Below are positions 8,450 to 15,696 of a stretch of DNA of 15,696 bases, in pieces (within the stretch, counting starts at the first letter, position 1; each line of letters opens with the position of its first letter). This stretch comes from Nitrospiria bacterium (GTDB lineage Bacteria > Nitrospirota > Nitrospiria > SBBL01 > JAADHI01), in assembly GCA_046756725.1 (NCBI GenBank), contig JBHHWW010000032.1:1-15696 (forward strand), read 5' to 3'. A program made the position numbers and the translations under genes. The notes below the pieces were generated by a model. That model was not told where the DNA came from and ran no database searches. It saw only the letters and a list, made by a program, of their open reading frames with translations.

Positions 8450-9138
8450 TAGAATCCTTCTTTCAAATAAATGACTTTGGGGTGTGTTCCCATCTCTTCC
8501 AACAAATGAAAAGCCCGCGAACTTCTGGCCAACATTGACACGGTACTTTCCGGATCATCCAGATCGCCAAAAAATCGTGCGCCCCCGGGACAAGTCTGAC
8601 AGCAGGCTGGCAGTTTTACGACCTCTTCGTCGCGGATCTTTCGTTTTTCCTTCTGTGCCCGCTCTTTCACTTTGTGGATGCGCTGTATGCAGAAATTGCA
8701 TTTTTCTACCACCCCTTTACATCGAACGGACACCTCCGGATTTAGCTGCTTATCCATTGGTAAAGGCCATTCTGACTGATACCAGTTGAAAGCCCGAGCT
8801 GAATAAGGACAGGCACACATACATAGGCGACATCCAATACAACGGTTGTAAATCTGCCCAACTATTCCTTCTTGATTCTTGTATGTGGCATGAACAGGAC
8901 ACACTTTGATACAGGCAGGATTTTCGCAATGCATGCATGGGCGCGGAATAAAATGAGCCTTCGCATAAGGATATTCTCCCTCTATGCTCGAGATGACTTC
9001 TGTCCAAAAAATCGCCCGCCCCTTCTTAGCCTCCACAGGACCGACAAATGGGATGTTGTTCTCTGCCACGCATGAAATCGTGCAAGCCTGACAGGCTGTA
9101 CATTTATCCAGATCAATGACCATACCCCATTTTGCCAT
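8449..9138 (-). CDS. Four-cluster [4Fe-4S] ferredoxin electron-transfer subunit of the PsrB/DmsB/ArrB type.
   Basis: N-terminus MAKWGMVIDLDKCTACQACTISC. Four Cys groups: CTACQACTISC, CMHCENPACIKVCP, CIGCRLCMCACP and CNFC...CCQTCPGG. An AGGAG Shine-Dalgarno upstream. 229 aa. Confidence 0.88.
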   Translation of the reverse strand: MAKWGMVIDLDKCTACQACTISCVAENNIPFVGPVEAKKGRAIFWTEVISSIEGEYPYAKAHFIPRPCMHCENPACIKVCPVHATYKNQEGIVGQIYNRCIGCRLCMCACPYSARAFNWYQSEWPLPMDKQLNPEVSVRCKGVVEKCNFCIQRIHKVKERAQKEKRKIRDEEVVKLPACCQTCPGGARFFGDLDDPESTVSMLARSSRAFHLLEEMGTHPKVIYLKEGF

Positions 9139-9177
9139 GGACCATCTCCTTTATGAATGCTCCTCCATCCAGAGTCG

Positions 9178-11607
9178 CTAAGCTTTATATACTTTGACTT
9201 TGGTTGAATAAAAGGAACAAAGTCCTCCCAGGTAGTCAAACTCAGGAGTAAGAATTTCATTTGGGTTCACACCAAGTTCCTGAGCCCAGCGTCCATATTT
9301 CGTATGCCCATATTCGAAGGGCATACTGACAATATCTGGTTTTGCGCCAGCAAAGAGTCTGGCTTCGACTTTGATCTTACCAATTTTCGATTCTACCCAA
9401 ACTGAATCGCCATCATGAATCCCCAGTTCTGCGGCACTTTGGGGATTTATTTCTAACCACGGTCCCCATTTCATTTTGACCTGTAGACCGAACGACTCTT
9501 GCAGCCAGGGTAGGTTGGCTCCTCTTCCTTCAGCATGGGTCATCGTCTTGTAGGTACTTAAATAGAATGGAAAATCACCATGGTTGCCAGTATATCTTAC
9601 TGGCTCATAATGTGGCATAAAAACCCGGTCGCCACGAGCTTCGAGTTTCAATCCACGCAATATTTCTTCCCACTCCTGCTCTATCTCAGAACCGTGTTCG
9701 TCTGCTTGTTTTGCTGCAAACTCCTCTAATTTCTGTTGCATAAGTTGAGAATAAAATTCAAACTTTTTTGATGGGGTAGCAAATACCTCTTCCCATTTAC
9801 CGTATTCATAAGGAGGATTCCACCATCCGCCATTCTTCAGAAGTTCATCCCAGAAATCTTCAGAATCCCGGGCCATGATTGACCCTTTTCGAGCACGAAG
9901 AACACCTTGTACTCGATATTCGATCATCTCCTGATAATCTTCCCAGGGGAAGCTCGCCGCTACGCTTCCTCCAATGGCTTTGGCTATTTTGATCATTACA
10001 TCCGCTGTGTTCATGGTATCATAAAGTGGCTTGACTACGGGCTGTCTGATGCCGAAAAGTGGAAATCCGACACTGGGATCAATTTCGTCATCCTGCCATC
10101 TTTCGAGATAGGTATGATCGGGCAGGATGAGATCAGCCTGACTTGTGGCCTCATCCATAAAAGGCGAAAAACTGACGATGAACGGAATATGAGAAAAAGC
10201 CCTGTAGTAACGTTCAACTCGAGGAGCTGAAAACAGCGGGTTTGTATAATAAAGAAAAAGCGTGTCTATGGGATAAGGTTTCGCCTGAGTAATATTGTCT
10301 GGCAAGGCGGAATAAATATTTGCAGTAAAAGGGAATTTGGCTGTTCCTGCGCTGTCAACACGAGGCATGGACACGCCCTTTTTGCTGATGTCATCCTGGA
10401 CGACATCAGGCCAGGGTTGGAATGGAGGTCTTCTCTGTTTCAGAACGCCCCCTGGCGCATCTATGCTTCCCACGAGCGCATTTAGAGAATGAATGGCCAT
10501 ACAATTAAACACGCCATTTGACTGCATACTGACACCCCGCACACCAGCGGCAAAAGCTGGCTTCGTTTCGGCAAATTCCCGAGCAATTTTCATTATGGTT
10601 TTGGCTGGCACACCCGTTATTTCAGTCACGATTTCTGGCGGATAGTCTTCCCGGACCATGTTCTTGAAACCTAAATGGATATTGCCCGTCTCATCCTGCC
10701 AATCTTCAAAACCAAAAGTGCGCTCCTCAATGAAGCTGCGGTCATATAACCCTTCAGAAACAATGACATGAGCCATTCCTAAGGCCAGAGCGCTATCTGT
10801 CCCATGATTTATCGAAATCCAATCATCCGCCTTCGAGGCGGTTACTGAAAAACGTGGATCGACACAGACAATTTTTGTCCGAAAACCAGGTCGCCCTCTT
10901 CTCATGTGACCATACATGCGCAAGAGCATGGTTGTAGGGCGCCAGGCTTCTAGCAGGGAAGCGCCAAAACAGACCAGATAGTTGACGTTTTCCCAGTCGT
11001 ATGCCGCATAATTCGCCCAACCTTGTGTAAAGTAGTGGGCTAGTTTTGAGCCATCGGATAGAATGGAACTATGACCTAAATCATTAGGTGAGCCGTAGGC
11101 GGTCAAAAACCTGTTCATGAGGTCGTGCATGCTTCCGCGATAGCGTCCACCCATAATTGCCAGGGTATGCGAGCGCTCTTCATTTCTTATTCTTTCCAAT
11201 CTTTCAGCCACGAGACTTATGGCCTCACCCCAGGAGATGGCTACCCATCTGTCAGAACCTCGCTCACCTACCTGTCTCATTGGGCCCTTGATGCGATCGG
11301 GATCGTAAAGGACCTGAAGTCCGGCCTGGCCCTTGGGGCACAAGCGCCCTTGATTGGTTGGATAGGAAGGATTCCCCTCAATTTTGACGGCATTGCCATT
11401 CACAACTTTCACTTGAATCCCGCATCCGCCAGGACATTGCAGGCAGATACTTTTTAGCCATTTTTCCTCATCAACTTCTATCCTGCCTTCTCCAGCTCTC
11501 CCCAATGCCTGCGTAATTCGAGTGGGTCGACAGCCGGTTCCTAAAGCAACAGTGCTGCCGAAAATACCGGTCATCTTCAAGAATTTTCGTCTCGTAATTC
11601 TTGACAT
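9178..11607 (-). CDS. TAT-exported molybdopterin (Mo-bisPGD) oxidoreductase catalytic subunit of the PsrA/PhsA/ArrA-like clade. Substrate is not determinable from the sequence alone.
   Basis: Twin-arginine signal SRITRRKFLKMTGIFGSTVALGTGC. N-terminal [4Fe-4S] motif CLQCPGGC...RLCPKG (C-x2-C-x3-C-x~27-C). 809 aa. A perfect AGGAGGAG Shine-Dalgarno upstream. Followed by FeS, NrfD and TorD-like genes. Confidence 0.85.
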   Translation of the reverse strand: MSRITRRKFLKMTGIFGSTVALGTGCRPTRITQALGRAGEGRIEVDEEKWLKSICLQCPGGCGIQVKVVNGNAVKIEGNPSYPTNQGRLCPKGQAGLQVLYDPDRIKGPMRQVGERGSDRWVAISWGEAISLVAERLERIRNEERSHTLAIMGGRYRGSMHDLMNRFLTAYGSPNDLGHSSILSDGSKLAHYFTQGWANYAAYDWENVNYLVCFGASLLEAWRPTTMLLRMYGHMRRGRPGFRTKIVCVDPRFSVTASKADDWISINHGTDSALALGMAHVIVSEGLYDRSFIEERTFGFEDWQDETGNIHLGFKNMVREDYPPEIVTEITGVPAKTIMKIAREFAETKPAFAAGVRGVSMQSNGVFNCMAIHSLNALVGSIDAPGGVLKQRRPPFQPWPDVVQDDISKKGVSMPRVDSAGTAKFPFTANIYSALPDNITQAKPYPIDTLFLYYTNPLFSAPRVERYYRAFSHIPFIVSFSPFMDEATSQADLILPDHTYLERWQDDEIDPSVGFPLFGIRQPVVKPLYDTMNTADVMIKIAKAIGGSVAASFPWEDYQEMIEYRVQGVLRARKGSIMARDSEDFWDELLKNGGWWNPPYEYGKWEEVFATPSKKFEFYSQLMQQKLEEFAAKQADEHGSEIEQEWEEILRGLKLEARGDRVFMPHYEPVRYTGNHGDFPFYLSTYKTMTHAEGRGANLPWLQESFGLQVKMKWGPWLEINPQSAAELGIHDGDSVWVESKIGKIKVEARLFAGAKPDIVSMPFEYGHTKYGRWAQELGVNPNEILTPEFDYLGGLCSFYSTKVKVYKA

Positions 11608-11632
11608 TATCTCCTCCTGATAACGGTCATTC

Positions 11633-12307
11633 CTAATAATGACAGACTAAGCAATCATTGTCGGCATCCATTTTCTCATGACAATCCATACAGGTCTCCA
11701 TTTTCATTTTCATTTTGAGCCCGAACGACATGGAAGCCATTTCCACCCTGACGTGACAGTCGCGACACTCCACCTGGCTATTCGTCACATGTCGTTCATG
11801 CGAAAAGTGTGTATCCCCGGTTAAATAGTTGTTGACCCTTACCCAATTAATCATCTGCCCGTCATTGATATAGACCATGAGCTTACTTTCTTCCGGATGA
11901 TCTGAAATGGTCTCCTGATGGCAAATTATGCATACATCTATGTTGGGGATTGAAGCCCGATGGCCTAGAATTGATTTTCTGTGGCAACCAACACACGGTC
12001 TACTCTCAGGTCTTTCTCGAAGATTTGTCTCCAGGAATATCTGATGGCAGCCCGAGCAATCTTTGATTCTGGGGGTATCCTCTACGGCTTCATCAAAACT
12101 TCCATGACATTCCATACACTCACCTTTTTCCAGTTCCTCTGGAATTTCCCCAAGGAGTTCCTCATGCATGGCAAAATTGGCTTTCTTATGGTCGCCTTTT
12201 GCAAAATATTGAAAATGGATTTTGTGATTGAAATCTATTGGCTGTTCAGATTCGTAAGTACATCCGAGGAGAAAAAGCAAAATCACTTTCATTATGATAG
12301 TCTTCAT
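11633..12307 (-). CDS. Heptaheme cytochrome c3-like lipoprotein. The ORF track gives 11633..12325 using a TTG start, but the ATG at 12307 or GTG at 12310 is preferred because it is preceded by GAGGA and begins a lipoprotein signal.
   Basis: Seven CxxCH motifs (CMECH, CSGCH, CVGCH, CIICH, CRDCH, CMDCH, CLVCH). A lipobox (MKTIIMKVILLFLLGC). His-rich spacers (FNHKIHF, THFSHERHV) of the kind seen in c3-family multiheme proteins. It is the first gene after the 200-nt intergenic region. Confidence 0.8.
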   Translation of the reverse strand: MKTIIMKVILLFLLGCTYESEQPIDFNHKIHFQYFAKGDHKKANFAMHEELLGEIPEELEKGECMECHGSFDEAVEDTPRIKDCSGCHQIFLETNLRERPESRPCVGCHRKSILGHRASIPNIDVCIICHQETISDHPEESKLMVYINDGQMINWVRVNNYLTGDTHFSHERHVTNSQVECRDCHVRVEMASMSFGLKMKMKMETCMDCHEKMDADNDCLVCHY

Positions 12308-12377
12308 CACATTGTTTTTCCTCAAAATCGGTTTTAGAATAATGAAAATGCCAGATTGCGCCAGTTTAGCTGAAAAT

Positions 12378-12393
12378 TACAACTTTCATGCCA
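12378..12393 (-). promoter_or_regulatory. Candidate sigma-54 (-24/-12) promoter for the cytochrome/molybdoenzyme operon.
   Basis: The minus strand reads TGGCAT-GAAAG-TTGTA against the consensus TGGCAC-N5-TTGCA. Spacing is correct, but the conserved -12 GC is GT. It lies about 55-70 nt upstream of the first gene start and directly downstream of a sigma-54 activator gene. Confidence 0.3.
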
Positions 12394-12465
12394 TGTCAAT
12401 CGCAATGAAATTAACCAGACGAAAACACAGAAGTTAGGAGGGTGTGGGATAAACAGACGACACGC

Positions 12466-12489
12466 TGACGGTTTGACGATTAGCCGTCA
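12466..12489. promoter_or_regulatory. Inverted repeat TGACGG-N12-CCGTCA with additional TGACG half-site copies. It is a candidate enhancer (UAS) for the NtrC-type regulator.
   Basis: A perfect 6-bp inverted repeat about 85 bp upstream of the sigma-54 candidate. Direct TGACG/GACGA copies occur at 12456..12460 and 12475..12479. Confidence 0.3.
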
Positions 12490-12526
12490 TCTCAAAAAGG
12501 ATAGCTTTTGATAAGCACTTGAGTAA

Positions 12527-13957
12527 TCAGACATTTAGAGGATGATCATATGGTGACGTTGAATCGTCATTTGTTGACGGATTATCGAGGGATCTCAAAC
12601 GGGCAAGTTTGTCGCGCAGAGTTGTACGGGGAATGTTCAGTAGTTTGGCGGCTTTTACCTGATTCCCCTCTGCTTCTTTCAAAGCCCACAAGATTAATTT
12701 AGCTTCCACTTCCGAAACGGCCTCGGAGAGATTAATCTGTTTGTTTCCACCAGGATCAAGAGAAACCATGCCATCCTGCGCGTGGACATCTCGAATGTAG
12801 TCGGGCAGATCGTCAACGGTGATGCGATCTGATTTGGAAAGTGTCACTGCATGTTCCACGATATTTTCCAGCTCCCTGACGTTACCCGGCCAATCGTGCC
12901 TGAGTAGTACTTTTTGTACTTCATGAGTAAAATAATGTAAGGATTTATTTCTCTCTTTGCAGAGTTTCTTCAGAAAATGCCGGGCCAGAAGAGATATGTC
13001 CTCGCGGCGCGCCCTTAATGGTGGCAACTCAATCTTAACCACGTTGAGGCGATAATAAAGGTCTTCTCGGAATTTACCTTCCGAAACCATCTGTTGAAGG
13101 TCTTTTTTTGTCGCGCAGATCACGCGCACGTTCACTTTTAAGGGCTGCTCACCTCCCACCCGTTCGAAAGCTCTCTCTTCGATCACCCTGAGGAGCTTGA
13201 CTTGAAGCTCGACCGGAATATCATCCACGTCATCCAGGAAGATTGTACCTTTATCCGCTAACTCAAACCGTCCGCGTTTGCGGCGCAACGCTCCGGTAAA
13301 GGCACCCTTTTCATGACCGAAAAGCTCACTTTCGAGGATTTCACGATTCAAAATAGCGCAGCTTAGTGTTATGAAAGGACCATATTTTCTGTGGCTATTG
13401 TAATGAAGTGCATTGGCCAGAAGCTCCTTTCCGGTTCCCGTTTCTCCTTGTATGAGAATGCTCGTATCACTGTCTGCCACTGCATCAGCCTTCTCATATA
13501 TGGTTCGCATGGCCCTGGAGTGACCGATGAGATTCTGATAGCAATACTGAGACTGGATTTTCTTCTGCAAAGTCGCAATTTGTACTTTACCCTTGCGATA
13601 CTCCATCAGGCGATTCAGTTTGATGGATAACGCATCATAGGGGAAAGGTTTGGTAATATAATCGTAGGCCCCCTCTTTCATCGCTTCTACAGCATTCTCG
13701 ATCGTGCCGTAGGCCGTCATCATAATCACTTCTATCTCGGGTGAAAGTCTCTTGATTTCTCTCAAGAAAGTCAACCCATCCATAGATGGCATCCGCAGAT
13801 CCGTAACCACCACATCAAAGGAACTCTTCCTGAGGTAGTCAAGACCTACAAACGCATTCTCTCCAATCTCGACACTGTATCCCTCGTCTTCCAGTTGTGT
13901 CTTCAAGGTCACGCGTTTCAGCTTTTCGTCATCAATTACAAGAATTTTGCCTTTCAT
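12527..13957 (-). CDS. Sigma-54-dependent response regulator (NtrC family enhancer-binding protein).
   Basis: Receiver domain (VVVTDLRMPSMDG). AAA+ sigma-54 activation domain with Walker A GETGTGKE, the GAFTGA motif (ESELFGHEKGAFTGA) and Walker B IFLDDVDD. C-terminal Fis-type HTH (AAKLLNIPRTTLRDKLARL). The start overlaps the kinase stop as ATGA. Confidence 0.93.
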   Translation of the reverse strand: MKGKILVIDDEKLKRVTLKTQLEDEGYSVEIGENAFVGLDYLRKSSFDVVVTDLRMPSMDGLTFLREIKRLSPEIEVIMMTAYGTIENAVEAMKEGAYDYITKPFPYDALSIKLNRLMEYRKGKVQIATLQKKIQSQYCYQNLIGHSRAMRTIYEKADAVADSDTSILIQGETGTGKELLANALHYNSHRKYGPFITLSCAILNREILESELFGHEKGAFTGALRRKRGRFELADKGTIFLDDVDDIPVELQVKLLRVIEERAFERVGGEQPLKVNVRVICATKKDLQQMVSEGKFREDLYYRLNVVKIELPPLRARREDISLLARHFLKKLCKERNKSLHYFTHEVQKVLLRHDWPGNVRELENIVEHAVTLSKSDRITVDDLPDYIRDVHAQDGMVSLDPGGNKQINLSEAVSEVEAKLILWALKEAEGNQVKAAKLLNIPRTTLRDKLARLRSLDNPSTNDDSTSPYDHPLNV

Positions 13958-15696
13958 TGTTCATCTCTCGTCGGTAACAAAACGCTAACAGTGGTTCCCT
14001 GGCTTGACTTGCTGGTAATGGTGATTTTCCCACCATGTTCTTCGATAATTTTTCGACTAATGGAAAGGCCAAGTCCTGTGCCCTTTTCAGTATCTTTGGT
14101 GGTAAAGAAGGGACTGAATATTCTTTCCAGATTTTCCTCCGAAATGCCGCATCCGTTATCTGATATCCTCACCTGCGCAGAGGGATTCGAGTCCTGGTTT
14201 GGTACTTCGGTCTCAATCCCAATGCGCCCACCAGATTTACCATCCAAAGCATCAGAAGCATTAATGAGGATATTTATGAAAACCTGCGAGAGATTGTAGG
14301 GGTCGCCAAATACCTTTGGTAACGACCTATCTTGATGGGACACCAACTCAATGCCTTGATCCTCAATCTTGTGCTTAATCAAAAGCAGTGATCTCTCTAC
14401 CACCTCGTTCAAATCGATGATTTCCATCTTTAGCTTGTGGTGCTTGGAGAAGATTAGAAGCCTTCTCACGATAAAAGCAATTCTTTCTATCCCTTCCGAA
14501 ATCAATTCGAACATAGTGTTCGCTTTCGTTATGTTGCCAGGATTCTTCTGGATGATGTCCAAACAATTTTGTATTCCATCCAAAGGGTTATTGATTTCGT
14601 GAGCTACACTTGCGGCCAAACGCCCGATGGAGGTCAACTTTTCGGTGTGAATCAGTTGTTCTTCAATGAACTTGCGCTCTGTGATATCTCGCCTCAACTC
14701 GATTACTTGAAAGATCTCTCCATTTTCGTCCCGAAGAGGAGAGCAATAAATCTCCAGATATTTCTCTCTTCCACTTCTGTCCAGGAAAGTGTGTAATGTC
14801 TTTTGCAAACTGCCTTCCTCAAAAGTTGTTTTGGCAGGGCACCTTCTCAGCAAGTCCTGATCACAGGAGATTTCTGAATCTTGCACGATCGTGAAGCAAC
14901 CTCTTCCAATGATGTTTTCTCTGGAGCCACCGCACTTATTCAAGTAGGCATCATTGGCAGTGACAATCTTATAGTCTCGGTCTACGACCACAATCTCATC
15001 GTCAATCCCATTGATGACATGCTCCAGATAATCTTTGTGCCTTTCCACTTCGTTTAAAGTGTCCTTTAAATTGGCAGTCATTTGGTTAAAGCTCCTGGCC
15101 AGATTGCTAATCTCATCATTTTCTTTGAATTCGATTACTTCATCTAAATTGCCTTCACTAATACGAAGCGTCGTGTCTGTAAATTTTTTGATTCTCTGAA
15201 GAATGAGCTTATTTACCAACAGGCCCAACACCGCACTGGTGACCAGAACCATGACGAGAGCCATCCCAAATATTTTGTTACTGTTAGAAGCCAATTGCCT
15301 TTGCGTATCCGCCATGGACAAATCCATCACCAAAATACCATTTATTTTCTCATCAGCATCATGACAGTCATAACACCGGGGCCGGTTATAAATGAGGCTC
15401 ATATTTCTGAAAATTTCTGTACGTTTTTCATCTTTGGCAATCGTCGTGTTTTTTCGCCTTACCGGAGAGTACTGGTGGCAAACCAGACAAATTGGATCAA
15501 CATTGTTTTTGTAGACTTTTCCCACCATTTTAGGATCAGAGGATATCTTCAACTCGCCCCTTTTGTTCAAGATCATGATTCGTTCCACACCCGATTGCTC
15601 AGAGAGTCTCTTTACCTCTTCATTCAATAAATGGGGCTCTTTTTGGAGCATAGCGGTTTCCAAAGTATTTACCACCAATCTACTGAGATTTGTAGT
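13954..15696 (-). CDS. Sensor histidine kinase, N-terminally truncated by the window edge. Its periplasmic sensor domain carries two heme-c binding motifs.
   Basis: The reading frame stays open to the window end, so the TTG at 15678 is not a real start. CLVCH (15475..15489) and CYDCH (15361..15375) lie before the transmembrane helix IFGMALVMVLVTSAVLGLLV. Then come a HAMP-like linker, a Cys-containing PAS region, an H-box SVAHEINNPLDGI, an N-box NILINASDAL, and G-boxes DNGCGI and GTGLGLSI. Confidence 0.88.
   Translation of the reverse strand, partial: TTNLSRLVVNTLETAMLQKEPHLLNEEVKRLSEQSGVERIMILNKRGELKISSDPKMVGKVYKNNVDPICLVCHQYSPVRRKNTTIAKDEKRTEIFRNMSLIYNRPRCYDCHDADEKINGILVMDLSMADTQRQLASNSNKIFGMALVMVLVTSAVLGLLVNKLILQRIKKFTDTTLRISEGNLDEVIEFKENDEISNLARSFNQMTANLKDTLNEVERHKDYLEHVINGIDDEIVVVDRDYKIVTANDAYLNKCGGSRENIIGRGCFTIVQDSEISCDQDLLRRCPAKTTFEEGSLQKTLHTFLDRSGREKYLEIYCSPLRDENGEIFQVIELRRDITERKFIEEQLIHTEKLTSIGRLAASVAHEINNPLDGIQNCLDIIQKNPGNITKANTMFELISEGIERIAFIVRRLLIFSKHHKLKMEIIDLNEVVERSLLLIKHKIEDQGIELVSHQDRSLPKVFGDPYNLSQVFINILINASDALDGKSGGRIGIETEVPNQDSNPSAQVRISDNGCGISEENLERIFSPFFTTKDTEKGTGLGLSISRKIIEEHGGKITITSKSSQGTTVSVLLPTRDEQ

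Noticed and set aside
12401-12417. Second sigma-54-like element TGGTTAATTTCATTGCG on the minus strand.
   Set aside because: It has both GG and GC dinucleotides, but the spacing between them is 11 instead of 10. Sigma-54 promoters are intolerant of spacing changes, so it is kept only as an alternative in the control-region finding.
12491-12523. AT-rich inverted repeat CTCAAAAAGGATAGCTTTTGATAAGCACTTGAG just after the response-regulator stop, considered as a terminator.
   Set aside because: The stems are short and AU-rich with no clean U-tract. It is not convincing as an intrinsic terminator, and read-through from the regulator genes into the operon cannot be excluded.
15676-15678. TTG taken by the ORF track as the histidine kinase start.
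   Set aside because: The frame remains open to the window edge. The sequence before the only visible membrane helix is a periplasmic-type domain with CxxCH motifs, so the true start and first transmembrane helix must lie beyond position 15696.
1-15696. Search for CRISPR arrays, tRNA/rRNA genes, transposase or integrase genes and long repeats.
   Set aside because: No repeat-spacer periodicity, no tRNA-like cloverleaf candidates in the few non-coding stretches, and no ORF with transposase or integrase features. The window reads as a conserved chromosomal respiratory locus.

Overview
The window is almost entirely coding, and every supported gene lies on the minus strand, so transcription runs from high to low coordinates. 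At the upstream (right) end is a two-component system: a sensor histidine kinase, cut off at its N-terminus by the window edge, whose periplasmic sensor domain carries two CxxCH heme-c motifs, and an NtrC-family sigma-54-dependent response regulator with the GAFTGA motif. A 200-nt intergenic region follows. It is followed by a tightly packed, translationally coupled run of ten genes. In order these are a heptaheme cytochrome c3-like lipoprotein and a TAT-exported molybdopterin (Mo-bisPGD) oxidoreductase catalytic subunit with an N-terminal [4Fe-4S] cysteine motif. Next come a four-cluster ferredoxin subunit, an unusually long NrfD/PsrC-family membrane quinone-interacting subunit, and a TorD/DmsD-like maturation chaperone fused to a 2x[4Fe-4S] ferredoxin domain. 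After these come a tetraheme cytochrome built from four tandem class-I domains and, after a 122-nt gap, an SPFH/stomatin-like membrane protein. The run ends with a TAT Rieske [2Fe-2S] protein, a fused cytochrome b6/subunit-IV cytochrome b, and a nonaheme cytochrome c with a C-terminal membrane anchor. The cluster therefore joins a Psr/Phs/Arr-type molybdoenzyme module (organised like Qrc or alternative complex III, with the cytochrome first) to a Rieske/cytochrome b complex and 20 c-type heme sites, apparently under sigma-54 and two-component control. I do not recognise this combination as a described respiratory system, and the substrate cannot be read from the sequence alone. No rRNA, tRNA, CRISPR arrays or mobile elements were seen. 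All ORF-track entries on the plus strand of at least 60 aa look like antisense shadows of the minus-strand genes.
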